The notes: a model not told the origin generated them from the sequence alone. A DNA stretch of 64,000 bases from Oscillospiraceae bacterium (GCA_031556185.1 JAVBTN010000004.1:85034-149033); one strand, 5' to 3'. Counted from the first letter of the stretch, positions 1 to 9,420 are shown. Made by a program: numbers and translations.

Positions 1-1
1 T

Positions 2-3000
2 TCACTGAATGTGGGTTTTGCCGGCGGCTTTGAATCCCGCTACCAGACATTCACGCCGGCCTATGACTGCATGCTCAACAAGGTCTCCTTTATTGTCGTC
101 AAGAAGCCGACCACAACGCCGGATGCAGAGCCCTTTGGCGACATCGTCATTCACATTCTGCCCACCGCCGCGGGCAAGAAGCCCATCGGCGTGCCGCTGC
201 TGTCTTTGACCGTACCCGCCGCGCAGGTCAAGGACGGCGAACCGACAGAGATAACGCTGGATACACCGTATCCGCTGGAGCGCGGCTTTACGTACAGCAT
301 GCACGTGACGCCCGCCCGTACATATTTGGACTACAACGCGGCAAGCACTGTCAACTGCTACGCGGTCATCCGTAAGTCGGAGACCATGGGCGGTGAGGTG
401 GCCGGACGCGCCAACGCCGACTTCTCGGCTGCTACGACAGATGCTGCCTACCATCTCTGGGCAAAGTATGATTGCACACGCACCACCGGCGGCGGCAACA
501 CCACCGTGGTGGACTTCTCAGGCCCCAGCACCAACATGGGCTTTGGCGCCGGCCATGCCGATGACGAAGTGTATCGTTTCCAGACATTTACCGCCGGGCA
601 AACCGGCTCCATTAGCAACATTTCCGTGTTTGTCAATCGTTACTACATCAGTTCCCAGCCCTATGTCACACAAATCGGCGACCTTGTGGTCTCGGTCTAT
701 GCCACCGATGAAAACGGCATGCCCACAGGAAGCCCACTCAAGACAGCGTATGTCGCTTCAGCCGATCTGCCATTTACGCCTGAGAGAGGCGGCGACGGCG
801 GTGTCGTCAGTGTCGATATGAGTTGTCCGGTCACACAGGGAGTCCGATATGCCGTGGCCATTTCTCAGAATCCGCTGACAGCCAACGGCGCCACCTCAGG
901 CGACTACTTCCGCTGGCCGGTGAATACGGTGACTGCCGCCGCGGGTGAAAAATCGGGTAAGATGAACGGCCAAAACCAGTGGGTGGATGAGAGCCAACTG
1001 GGCACCTATTGGATGAAGGCCACGCTGACCGACTCTGTGCTCCCGCCCCGTCCCCGCAAAATTGAGATTCTGCCCACCGCCGCGGTGAACTTGCCTGTGG
1101 GCAATAGCCAGCAGCTGACAGCGCGCGTGCTGGATCAGGACAATCAGGAATTGCCTGGCCAGCCCGCCAACTGGACGTCGCTGGATCCCTCCGTCGCGAC
1201 CGTTACACAGACCGGGCTGATTACGGCTGTGAGCGCAGGCACCACGACCATTCGAGTGCAGTCCGGCCTGGTATTTGCCATTGTGTCGGTGGCCTCCTAT
1301 GCGTCGGTACCAAACAAAATCACAGGCGCGCCAAACTTGAGTCTCAAACCGGGCGCCACCATTTCGTTGGCGTACGATGTGATGGATGACATGAAAAACA
1401 TCCGCACCGCCGAACGCGCGAGCATCACGTACACCATTGACAAGCCCGCGGTGGCCAAGGTGGAAAACGGTGTGCTCACCGCACTGGCGGCCGGCAGCAC
1501 GCAGATGGCGGTCAAGGCGGGTGAGCTGGTCAAGTATGTCAACATCAACGTCTATACAGACGCAGAGACACTTGTCGTGCCCACCTCCGGCATGGTGATT
1601 ACCCAAGACGTTAAGTTCAAGCCCGGCGTGTATAACCTGGGCGCAGAAGGCATTACCATCGGCGCGTCAAATATCACTGTCGACGGCAACGGCGCCACCA
1701 TTGTGGGCGGGGGCGGCGGAGATATCCGCTACATCACGCCTCCCACGGGTGAAAAGGCATTCTTCAGCGGCGTGCCCGCCAGCGAGTCGCAGTACTTTAT
1801 GCGCACGGCCAACCAGATCGATCTGACCGGCGCGACCACCGCCGAATTGAGCTACAAGATTTTCTACGAAATTGAAAATCAATGGGACTTGATGGCTGTC
1901 CGTGTATCGGAAGACGGTGTCAACTACACATCGCTGGGCACCACACGCACAGTCAACACGTTTGAAGGAACCTATGAGGGTTTCAGTGCGCTGCTGCCGG
2001 CTTACACGGGCAATAGCAACGGCTGGGTCAACGAGACCGTCAACCTGTCCGCATACGCCGGCAAAAAGATCAGCGTGATGTTCCTATTGGCCACCGACTG
2101 GGCCACCGAGGAGCACGGCGTCTATATCGACGACTTCAAAGTGACCGCGAATGGCGTCGACAAGTTCTTTGACGGCGCCGAAAACGGCATGAGCAATTGG
2201 ATCACGAACAGCTTCATCGCCACCGACTCCGTGGAGCACCGCGACGTCAACTACGCCGGTGTGGGCGTCAATGCCAACGCCGTCGACAATGTCACGCTGA
2301 AAAACCTGAACGTCAAGGGCTTTAACGTTGGCTTGAAGGTTACAAGCGCTAAAAACTGGGTTGTCGAATACAACGATCTGTCCAACAACTTCACCGACCC
2401 GTCCTACGGTTGGGGCGACGGCAATCCCTGGGGCGCGACCAACCTGATCCGTTTTGACAACGGTGTCATCCGTTTCAACAACGGCAACAATGTCTGGAAC
2501 GGGCTCAACCTGAATTATTCAAACAAGAACAAGGCGTATAACAACGACTTTGGCATCTGCTCCAACGTGCCGCTGCGCATGTGGGGATCCTCCTTCAACG
2601 AGATCTATGACAACTGCTTCAACTGGGGCATCCGTTGCGACCCCGGTGAAACACACGCCAGAGATTCGACAAGCTCGCTGTTCGAGTACAACACCAACTA
2701 TAACTACATCGCCAGAAACGACTTCATCCACGGCGGCGACGGCATCTTTATCCGCCCGCTGCATGGCGCGCCTCCTGTTGGCAACTACTTCGAGGGCAAT
2801 GACACCTCGTGGGCCAACAACAACGCCGTTGAGAGTTGGGCGCCCGGCAACGTCTATGTCGGCAACAAAGCCAACTACTCGAGTTACGGCTTCTGGCTGG
2901 GCGGATCCGACTTCACCTATCTCATTAACAACCAGGTGTACAACAACGGCGGCAACGGCGGTGGCATGAAAAACGCCCCCGAAGGCTTTGGCAATGCCGG

Positions 3001-6000
3001 TGTTTCCGTGGTCAACGGCGTGTCCAGCCACTTCCTGATGATGGGCAACGACGTGCAAAAGAACTTCGGCCCCGCGCTGGCCATCAAGTACATCAACGCC
3101 CAGAACCCCGCCTGGCACTGGGTTGTGCAGAACAACAAGCTCAAAAATAACCTCAACGACCCGCGGGGCTACAAGTCCTACGGTGTCTATACACAGTGGG
3201 CCTACTGGGTTGACATCCTGTCGAACGAAATCAAAGACAACGGGGATATCCAGCTCAAGCAGGACGGAAATACGGGCAATATTCGCTTCATCGGCGAAAA
3301 CACCGCCGTTTCGACGTCCCAAATGCCCAAACTCAATGTGACGGCGTCTCCGGCGATCACCTTTGACTTTGCCGACAAATACATGGCCGACATCCCGCAG
3401 CAGATCAAAGACGCCGAGTTTGGCATGGTCAGAATTATGAATGTCTCGGTCGAAGCCGGGCAAAGCGTTACCTTCGACGCCGGCGCCACCGACCCGAACG
3501 GATTGCCGCTGAGCTACCGCTGGGATTTCGGCGACAATGAAGTTGAAGTCGGCGCGACAGTATCCAAAGTGTACACCACACCGGGCGTCTATCGCGCGGG
3601 CGTCACCGTGTCCAACGGACAGCTCTCCAACCTCCAGGGCATGATCGTTACGGTCGTTGCGCCCGGCGAGGAGATCGGCACCGACAGACCCTCCACCGAG
3701 TGGGATATCACCGGCGGCCAGGGGCTGAAAGTGGCGCTTCTGGGCAATGAGCCCGTCCGCCGCGTGCAGGGGGACAACGCATTTAGCATTCAGGTGTCCA
3801 ACAGCACAAACTACCAGGTGAGCTACCCGAGAAGCAAGGATCTCGCGGTGGACATGAGCGCGTACAACACGCTCAGTTTCTTCTTGGACGTCAACGTGGA
3901 GCGTGGCCTGGACAAAAACTTTGCGCTGCCCATTGTCAGGCTTTGCAAGGACAAGGACAATTACATCAATTATGTACCTTCTTTGTTTTACACAGCGCCC
4001 ATCAACATGCCCACCAGCGAACCGCGTTATGCCTATCAGTATCTGGAGCTGTCCTTGAACGGTTCCAACAGCGCCTTTACGCGCAGCGTTGTGGGGGCTG
4101 TGGGTCTCAATGAAATCAAGTATATCGAGTTTGTGCTCGGGCCGCAGAGCCTGAACTGTGAATCTGCCTTCAATATTGACGCCCTGAAGTTGACCAAGAC
4201 ATCCGGCGGGGCGGCCGCCACGGGCAATCTGGCCGTTGTGGGCAGTGCCTCCGGAATCGCCGACGACTACGGCGCAGGCGACAAACAAGCGCCGATCACC
4301 AATGTCGACCTCTCCAACCCCGCCGCGCTCAACCGTTATACCACGGCCGTCGGACATGAGGGCTTTTACGGTGTGAACTTCTTGCAGCCGCGCTATGTCG
4401 ACTCGATTGAAACTTACTATTACAGCATGCCCGACACCGATCCGAACGTTGGCAAGCCTGTCTCCGTCTCGGTGGAGTACTTTGACGGAACAACCTGGAA
4501 ACAGGTGGCCGGATTTGCCGGGCCCAGCGCGCCGCTGGCCAACAAGAACGCATACAAATTTGACAAGGTTCTGGCCGAAGCCGTTCGCGTGATACCTGTG
4601 GCCGCCGCCGGAAAGAGTGTCGGCATCTATGCCTTCCGCGCCTATGACGGCAAAAATATTCTCGGGCAGGACGGCGTGAAGGTCACGTCCTCGGGTTCCG
4701 ACTCGGTGGATGTGACGCAGGTGAGTGTTATCGTCAACAAGAAAGTCCTTGCCGGCGACGACAAACTGCCTCTGTCCGACCTCAAAGTCATGCTCTATGC
4801 CGCCTCCGGCGACAAGATCGAAGGGAATCCGCTGGCGACAGTCGTTGTGCCCGAGGGCAGCGTAAACGGCGGCGCGGAGACCGTCGTACCGCTGACGTAT
4901 CAGGGCCTTGAGCCCGGAAAACGCTATGCTGTCGCCGTCTCGCAGACAAACTACAGCAGGGATGTTGGCGGGGATATACAATCGCACTATTTGTTCCCCT
5001 CCCGCCAGATCGGCAGCAGTGAATTCTACGGCAAGATCAACGGTAGTGGAGCCGTCGTGCCGGAAGCGCTGGGCACCGCTTTCATCAAGGTGACCACCAA
5101 CGCCGGCGTTATCGACTTCTTCAACGGCGCCACAACGGCAAGCGGCGGCTTTGGCGCCGGTCAGCGCGATGAGCAGACCCGCTATCAGACCTTTACCATT
5201 CCGGAAAACAAAGCGACCCTGACGGTGGACGCAAAAATTGACAACGCCAACGGCTGGACCGCGGAGTCTCAGGTCGGCGTCTCTAACTGGCTGACCTACG
5301 ACCTCGGCGCGGAAAAATCCATTGGAACAGTCAATCTCTTCCTGGGCGACACCGCCGGCGGCGAAATGCCTGCCTCTGTCAAAGTGGAGTACTGGAACGG
5401 CAGTGAGTGGACTTTATTTAAACTACAAGACGTGACAACCACACGCGTAGAGCTAACACTCATGCAAGCGGTCGCGGCAAGTAAACTCAGGGTGACGACA
5501 GCCGCCCCCGTGGGCAGCGCCATCCGTATACGCGAAGTGGAAGCTTTCTCCGACGTCGGCGCGCTTGACTTGACAGAGCTGCAAGCACTGATTGCTCAGG
5601 CGGAGGCTCTCAATGAGAATGTCTACCGCGCCGACACCTGGACTGCGTTGGCGACAGCGCTCGCGGCGGCCAAACTGGTCACGCCGGCGTCTACTTACGA
5701 GCAGTTCCAATCGGCATTGACAAATCTGAAGAGCGCACTGACAGGCCTCGTGTTCAAGATTACCGATCTGAAGACTGACACCAACTCGAGCATGTCCCTT
5801 AGAAAAGGAAAGACCTTCCAACTTGAGCCGGTGTGGACGCCGTCCGAGGTTGAAACCGTGGCCCTGAGCTACTCTTCGAGCAACCCCGCTGTGGCGTCTG
5901 TGAGCGTGAGTGGACTCATCCTCGGGATCAAGCCGGGCATGGCCATCATTACGATCCGCGCCAATGACGGATCCGGAAAAACGGCGCAGGTGCTCGTCAC

Positions 6001-6013
6001 CGTTACGCAATAA
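2..6013 (+). CDS. Giant multidomain extracellular protein, 5'-partial (repeated beta-sandwich domains, Big_2 Ig-like, right-handed beta-helix, PKD, discoidin/F5-8C-like, FIVAR)
   Basis: Frame is open from the window edge. Ig-like motifs (WTSLDPSVATV, YSSSNPAVASV), Asn-rich parallel beta-helix repeats, PKD motif SYRWDFGD, discoidin motifs WLTYDLG and VEYWNGSEW, FIVAR-like DLTELQALIAQAEAL...Y..TW. Confidence 0.85.
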   Translation, partial: SLNVGFAGGFESRYQTFTPAYDCMLNKVSFIVVKKPTTTPDAEPFGDIVIHILPTAAGKKPIGVPLLSLTVPAAQVKDGEPTEITLDTPYPLERGFTYSMHVTPARTYLDYNAASTVNCYAVIRKSETMGGEVAGRANADFSAATTDAAYHLWAKYDCTRTTGGGNTTVVDFSGPSTNMGFGAGHADDEVYRFQTFTAGQTGSISNISVFVNRYYISSQPYVTQIGDLVVSVYATDENGMPTGSPLKTAYVASADLPFTPERGGDGGVVSVDMSCPVTQGVRYAVAISQNPLTANGATSGDYFRWPVNTVTAAAGEKSGKMNGQNQWVDESQLGTYWMKATLTDSVLPPRPRKIEILPTAAVNLPVGNSQQLTARVLDQDNQELPGQPANWTSLDPSVATVTQTGLITAVSAGTTTIRVQSGLVFAIVSVASYASVPNKITGAPNLSLKPGATISLAYDVMDDMKNIRTAERASITYTIDKPAVAKVENGVLTALAAGSTQMAVKAGELVKYVNINVYTDAETLVVPTSGMVITQDVKFKPGVYNLGAEGITIGASNITVDGNGATIVGGGGGDIRYITPPTGEKAFFSGVPASESQYFMRTANQIDLTGATTAELSYKIFYEIENQWDLMAVRVSEDGVNYTSLGTTRTVNTFEGTYEGFSALLPAYTGNSNGWVNETVNLSAYAGKKISVMFLLATDWATEEHGVYIDDFKVTANGVDKFFDGAENGMSNWITNSFIATDSVEHRDVNYAGVGVNANAVDNVTLKNLNVKGFNVGLKVTSAKNWVVEYNDLSNNFTDPSYGWGDGNPWGATNLIRFDNGVIRFNNGNNVWNGLNLNYSNKNKAYNNDFGICSNVPLRMWGSSFNEIYDNCFNWGIRCDPGETHARDSTSSLFEYNTNYNYIARNDFIHGGDGIFIRPLHGAPPVGNYFEGNDTSWANNNAVESWAPGNVYVGNKANYSSYGFWLGGSDFTYLINNQVYNNGGNGGGMKNAPEGFGNAGVSVVNGVSSHFLMMGNDVQKNFGPALAIKYINAQNPAWHWVVQNNKLKNNLNDPRGYKSYGVYTQWAYWVDILSNEIKDNGDIQLKQDGNTGNIRFIGENTAVSTSQMPKLNVTASPAITFDFADKYMADIPQQIKDAEFGMVRIMNVSVEAGQSVTFDAGATDPNGLPLSYRWDFGDNEVEVGATVSKVYTTPGVYRAGVTVSNGQLSNLQGMIVTVVAPGEEIGTDRPSTEWDITGGQGLKVALLGNEPVRRVQGDNAFSIQVSNSTNYQVSYPRSKDLAVDMSAYNTLSFFLDVNVERGLDKNFALPIVRLCKDKDNYINYVPSLFYTAPINMPTSEPRYAYQYLELSLNGSNSAFTRSVVGAVGLNEIKYIEFVLGPQSLNCESAFNIDALKLTKTSGGAAATGNLAVVGSASGIADDYGAGDKQAPITNVDLSNPAALNRYTTAVGHEGFYGVNFLQPRYVDSIETYYYSMPDTDPNVGKPVSVSVEYFDGTTWKQVAGFAGPSAPLANKNAYKFDKVLAEAVRVIPVAAAGKSVGIYAFRAYDGKNILGQDGVKVTSSGSDSVDVTQVSVIVNKKVLAGDDKLPLSDLKVMLYAASGDKIEGNPLATVVVPEGSVNGGAETVVPLTYQGLEPGKRYAVAVSQTNYSRDVGGDIQSHYLFPSRQIGSSEFYGKINGSGAVVPEALGTAFIKVTTNAGVIDFFNGATTASGGFGAGQRDEQTRYQTFTIPENKATLTVDAKIDNANGWTAESQVGVSNWLTYDLGAEKSIGTVNLFLGDTAGGEMPASVKVEYWNGSEWTLFKLQDVTTTRVELTLMQAVAASKLRVTTAAPVGSAIRIREVEAFSDVGALDLTELQALIAQAEALNENVYRADTWTALATALAAAKLVTPASTYEQFQSALTNLKSALTGLVFKITDLKTDTNSSMSLRKGKTFQLEPVWTPSEVETVALSYSSSNPAVASVSVSGLILGIKPGMAIITIRANDGSGKTAQVLVTVTQ

Positions 6014-6035
6014 CGGAGACATTTCTCTCAGCACC

Positions 6036-6072
6036 AAAGAGGCGGGAAACACATCGTGTTTCCCGCCTCTTT
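6036..6072. terminator. Bidirectional intrinsic terminator
   Basis: Perfect 17-bp inverted repeat AAAGAGGCGGGAAACAC-atc-GTGTTTCCCGCCTCTTT between convergent stops at 6013 and 6076. Confidence 0.85.
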
Positions 6073-6075
6073 CCG

Positions 6076-6192
6076 CTAACGCGCTTTTTTGGGCTTTTTT
6101 ATGCCCGACGGCATGTTGAGATTTTCTTCCAACTTCTGCGTCTTGTCTGTCGTATTGACGCCGTCGGAGACGGTGGATTTGTTTTTGCCCAT
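6076..6192 (-). CDS. Small 38-aa basic protein, possibly sporulation-associated
   Basis: GAGGTG RBS then ATG; MGKNKSTVSDGVNTTDKTQKLEENLNMPSGIKKPKKAR*; ends immediately before the terminator; absent from the ORF track. Confidence 0.6.
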   Translation of the reverse strand: MGKNKSTVSDGVNTTDKTQKLEENLNMPSGIKKPKKAR

Positions 6193-6218
6193 GTCTTCAC
6201 CTCTGTCAGCATTTATCC

Positions 6219-6248
6219 TTAGTATGAGTCGGCGGGCAAAAAATATGA
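6219..6248 (-). promoter_or_regulatory. SigE/SigG-like sporulation promoter
   Basis: Minus strand TCATATT-N15-CATACTAA upstream of the small ORF. Confidence 0.5.
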
Positions 6249-6379
6249 GCGGTCGGCTTGTGACTCAAACACTGAAAAAGGATGCGAAATCTGCAAGATT
6301 TTGTGGCACATGAAGTATTAAATGTTTCTTTATACTTTGTTCATAGTTTTGTAACAGGATGGGGATATAGTATAGTCAG

Positions 6380-6562
6380 TTCGGAAGATGAATAAAACCA
6401 AGGGGGGAGGGGTAGCGGACAACGGGCTTTGAGAGCGTATCTTCTTTTCTTCATAAACTCATGCGCGCAGAGGCCAATCGGCCTCACAACCGCTCAGGGT
6501 CCATCGCAGATGTGTTATAGATGGATTTTACAAGCCCCAAGGGTCAAGGCCCTTGGGGCTTG
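6380..6562 (+). ncRNA. Candidate structured small RNA
   Basis: No credible ORF; hairpins at 6470-6485, 6500-6525 and 6531-6562 (13-bp stem); AGCGG(6415)/CCGCT(6490) could close a domain; strand and ends uncertain. Confidence 0.3.
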
Positions 6563-6620
6563 ACAATTGTGCGGGTATAAAGACAGGTTGCCTGCGAACA
6601 CTACATACCGAGGTGGGCCC

Positions 6621-6983
6621 ATGAAGTTGTCTGACGGACAAAAAAGTGCATTGGCCGGTGCGGCCACGGGACTGGTCAATGGCTTTTTCGGCACAGGCGG
6701 CGGTATGTTTCTCGTGCCGTTATTAAAGCGCTGGATCGGGCTGGAGGAAAAGCAGGCAATGGCCACGGCAGTGGCCATTGTGACGCCGCTGTGCCTGCTT
6801 TCGGCGGGCATATACTGGTGGCGCGGCGCTTTTGACTGGGGCCTTGCCTGGCCCTATTTGGCTGGCGGCCTTGTCGGAGGGTATCTGGGCGGTCGTTTTT
6901 TTAAAAAAATTCCCAAACTGTGGCTGCGGCGCCTCTTTGCGTTGCTGGTACTCTATGCCGGCGTGCGGAGTGTGCTGGCATGA
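6621..6983 (+). CDS. Sulfite exporter TauE/SafE (TSUP) family, half-size subunit
   Basis: GLVNGFFGTGGGMFLVP motif, about 4 TM segments, GAGGTG RBS. Confidence 0.85.
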   Translation: MKLSDGQKSALAGAATGLVNGFFGTGGGMFLVPLLKRWIGLEEKQAMATAVAIVTPLCLLSAGIYWWRGAFDWGLAWPYLAGGLVGGYLGGRFFKKIPKLWLRRLFALLVLYAGVRSVLA

Positions 6984-7333
6984 CGGCCTTGTTTGGAGCG
7001 CTGGCCGGTGCGCTCGCCGGGGTGCTTACCGGATTTGGTGTGGGCGGCGGAAGTCTGCTGATGATTTTCATGACCACTGTGGCGCATATCGAGCAGCACA
7101 TGGCGCAGGGCATCAACCTGTTTTACTTTCTGCCCACGGCTTCGGCCGCGTTGGTGACCCATTGCAAAGAAAAACAGGTCTGCCGCCGAATACTGCTGCC
7201 GGCCATTCTGGCAGGACTTTGCAGCGCGGCGGTCGGCGCTTTTCTGGCGCAGTTGATTGACAAGGATCTGATGAGAAAGCTGTTTGGCGTGCTACTGCTT
7301 TATGTGGGTGGCCGTGAACTGTTTTCCAAATGA
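6980..7333 (+). CDS. Sulfite exporter TauE/SafE (TSUP) family, second half-size subunit
   Basis: GVLTGFGVGGGSLL and AQGINL motifs; ATGA overlap with the previous gene. Confidence 0.85.
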   Translation: MTALFGALAGALAGVLTGFGVGGGSLLMIFMTTVAHIEQHMAQGINLFYFLPTASAALVTHCKEKQVCRRILLPAILAGLCSAAVGAFLAQLIDKDLMRKLFGVLLLYVGGRELFSK

Positions 7334-7356
7334 CAATTCCTGTTTTCTTGCAAAAA

Positions 7357-7398
7357 ATGCGGGTTTTTCCTGGCCAAACGCCAGAAAAAAACCCGCAT
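7357..7398. terminator. Bidirectional terminator
   Basis: ATGCGGGTTTTT...AAAAACCCGCAT hairpin between convergent genes. Confidence 0.7.
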
Positions 7399-7430
7399 CG
7401 ACATGCATAGAGCTGTTGGGGATTACGCGG

Positions 7431-8729
7431 TCAAATCAGATTTCGTTTGTCCAGCACACGCTTGGCTTTGCCTTCCGAGCGCTCAATGGTGCGCGGGCGC
7501 ACCATGGTGATTTTGGCGGCCAGACCCAAGGTGCTTTCCACTTCACGACGGATACGCCGCTGAATGTCCTCAATGGCGCGCACTTCGTCGGAAAAGAAGC
7601 TGTCGGTCATCTCCACCTGGATTTCCAGCGTGTCGCTGTTGTCCTGCCGGTCGACCACGATGAGATAGTAGGGCGCCGCCTCGGAAAAGCGCAGCAGCAC
7701 CGATTCAATCTGTGACGGAAAGACATTGACACCGCGGATGATGAGCATGTCGTCGGTACGTCCGGTCGGCTTGTTCATGCGCACCAGTGTACGGCCGCAG
7801 GCGCATGGCTGCCTGTTGATGGAAGTGATGTCGCGCGTGTTGTATCGAATGAGCGGCATGGCCTCCTTGGTAACGCAGGTGAAAACAAGCTCGCCGCGTT
7901 GCCCGTCGGGCAACGACCGCCCGGTCTCCGGGTCAAGCACCTCCACCACAAAGTGATCTTCGTTGATATGCAGGCCGTCTTTGCAGGTGCATTCGTTGGC
8001 CACGCCCGGGCCGGAGATTTCCGACAAACCATAGATGTCATAGGCCTGAATGCCCAGCCGCGCTTCAATTTCTTTGCGCATGCTTTCCGTCCATGGCTCG
8101 GCGCCGTGAACGCCGATGCGCAGTTTGATTTTGTCTTTGGTGCCCGCCGCCTGAACGGCGTCGCCGAGCAGCATGGCGTAAGAGGGAGTGCACAGCAGCG
8201 CTGTCGAGCCAAAATCCTCCATGATCTGCAGCTGGCGCTTGGTGTTGCCCGTGCCAACCGGGATGGTGGCGCAGCCAATGGTCTCGCCGCCGTAGTGGCC
8301 GCCCAGTCCGCCGGTGAAAAGGCCGTATCCGTAAGAGACATGTAAAATGTCGTCCGATGTGACGCCGCACATGGTCAGGCTGCGTGCCATACACTCGTTC
8401 CAAATGTCGATATCGCGCCGGGTGTAACCGACTACCGTTTGCTTGCCTGTGGTGCCGGAGGAAGCATGCACGCGGATGATGTCGCCCATCGGGACGGCGA
8501 ACATGCCGTAGGGGTAGCCGTCACGCAGGTCAGTTTTCAGTATGCACGGCAGCTTGGGCAGATCGTCGATGCCGTTGATATCGCCGGGCAGCAGCCCTGC
8601 CGCCTGCATTTTTGACCGGTAAATGGGCAGATGCTGATAGGCGCGCGCCACAGCGTCGCGCAAGCGTACACTTTGCAGGGCAGTCATTTCGTCGCGGGAC
8701 ATGGTTTCTACGCGTTCATTCCAATACAT
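7431..8729 (-). CDS. paaK: Phenylacetate--CoA ligase
   Basis: HASSGTTGK, YGLFTGGLG, DIYGLSE, GRTDDMLIIRGVNVFPSQIE, RSEGKAKRV motifs; GAGGAG RBS before MYWNE. Confidence 0.92.
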   Translation of the reverse strand: MYWNERVETMSRDEMTALQSVRLRDAVARAYQHLPIYRSKMQAAGLLPGDINGIDDLPKLPCILKTDLRDGYPYGMFAVPMGDIIRVHASSGTTGKQTVVGYTRRDIDIWNECMARSLTMCGVTSDDILHVSYGYGLFTGGLGGHYGGETIGCATIPVGTGNTKRQLQIMEDFGSTALLCTPSYAMLLGDAVQAAGTKDKIKLRIGVHGAEPWTESMRKEIEARLGIQAYDIYGLSEISGPGVANECTCKDGLHINEDHFVVEVLDPETGRSLPDGQRGELVFTCVTKEAMPLIRYNTRDITSINRQPCACGRTLVRMNKPTGRTDDMLIIRGVNVFPSQIESVLLRFSEAAPYYLIVVDRQDNSDTLEIQVEMTDSFFSDEVRAIEDIQRRIRREVESTLGLAAKITMVRPRTIERSEGKAKRVLDKRNLI

Positions 8730-8847
8730 CAATATTCTCCTCAATTTGATCTGCATGTATTGGCGGACGCACGTATCCCTTAAGAGCGCAGTAACGGTAT
8801 GCGCACAGGGGAGGCGGTCCGCCGCTTTCTAAATCGGCTCTCACACG

Positions 8848-9420
8848 TCATATGACAGCTTCCCTCCCCAACAAAAAGGCTTTTTGGTTGACCGCCAGCA
8901 GCGCCGGTTTTATGCAGCCGGCCAGTGCGGCGTCCCAGTCGGCCGCGCTTCCGCCCAGCAGACGGGAGGCGGCGCCCAGCAGCGCCACATTGGATGCGCG
9001 TAAATTGCCGGCGCGTTCAGCCAGCGCCAGCGCGTCAAAGGCGATGGTGCGGCGGCCGGAGTTTTGAATGGTGTCCACGATATGTCTCGGATATTCTGCC
9101 GCGCCGGAGATGACCGGCATGGGCAAAATCTGTTGTAGGCTGACCACCACGGCGCCGTCAGGCGCCACGTGGGGCAACCAGCGCAGCGCTTCCAGCTGCT
9201 CGAGGGCGATGAGCAGATCGGCCTGTCCCTCCGGGATCAGCGGGGAAGCGACCGCCTGGCCGGCACGCACATAGGTCACGACGCTGCCACCGCGCTGGCT
9301 CATGCCGTGCACTTCGCTGACTTTGACCGTCAGGCCAAGACCAAGGAAATAGGCGCCCAAAATACGGCTGGCCAACAGAGAACCCTGCCCGCCGACGCCA
9401 GAGATCAGGATATTTGTCAT
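8848..9420 (-). CDS. iorB: Indolepyruvate:ferredoxin oxidoreductase subunit beta
   Basis: GVGGQG and EVHGMSQRGGSV motifs; overlaps the iorA stop. Confidence 0.92.
   Translation of the reverse strand: MTNILISGVGGQGSLLASRILGAYFLGLGLTVKVSEVHGMSQRGGSVVTYVRAGQAVASPLIPEGQADLLIALEQLEALRWLPHVAPDGAVVVSLQQILPMPVISGAAEYPRHIVDTIQNSGRRTIAFDALALAERAGNLRASNVALLGAASRLLGGSAADWDAALAGCIKPALLAVNQKAFLLGREAVI

Noticed and set aside
2519-4987. 822-aa antisense ORF, and similar long shadows at 33102-34508, 36215-37891, 50940-52694 and 61644-62888
   Set aside because: They lie opposite well-supported genes, have no recognisable motifs, and are expected from GC-rich codon bias
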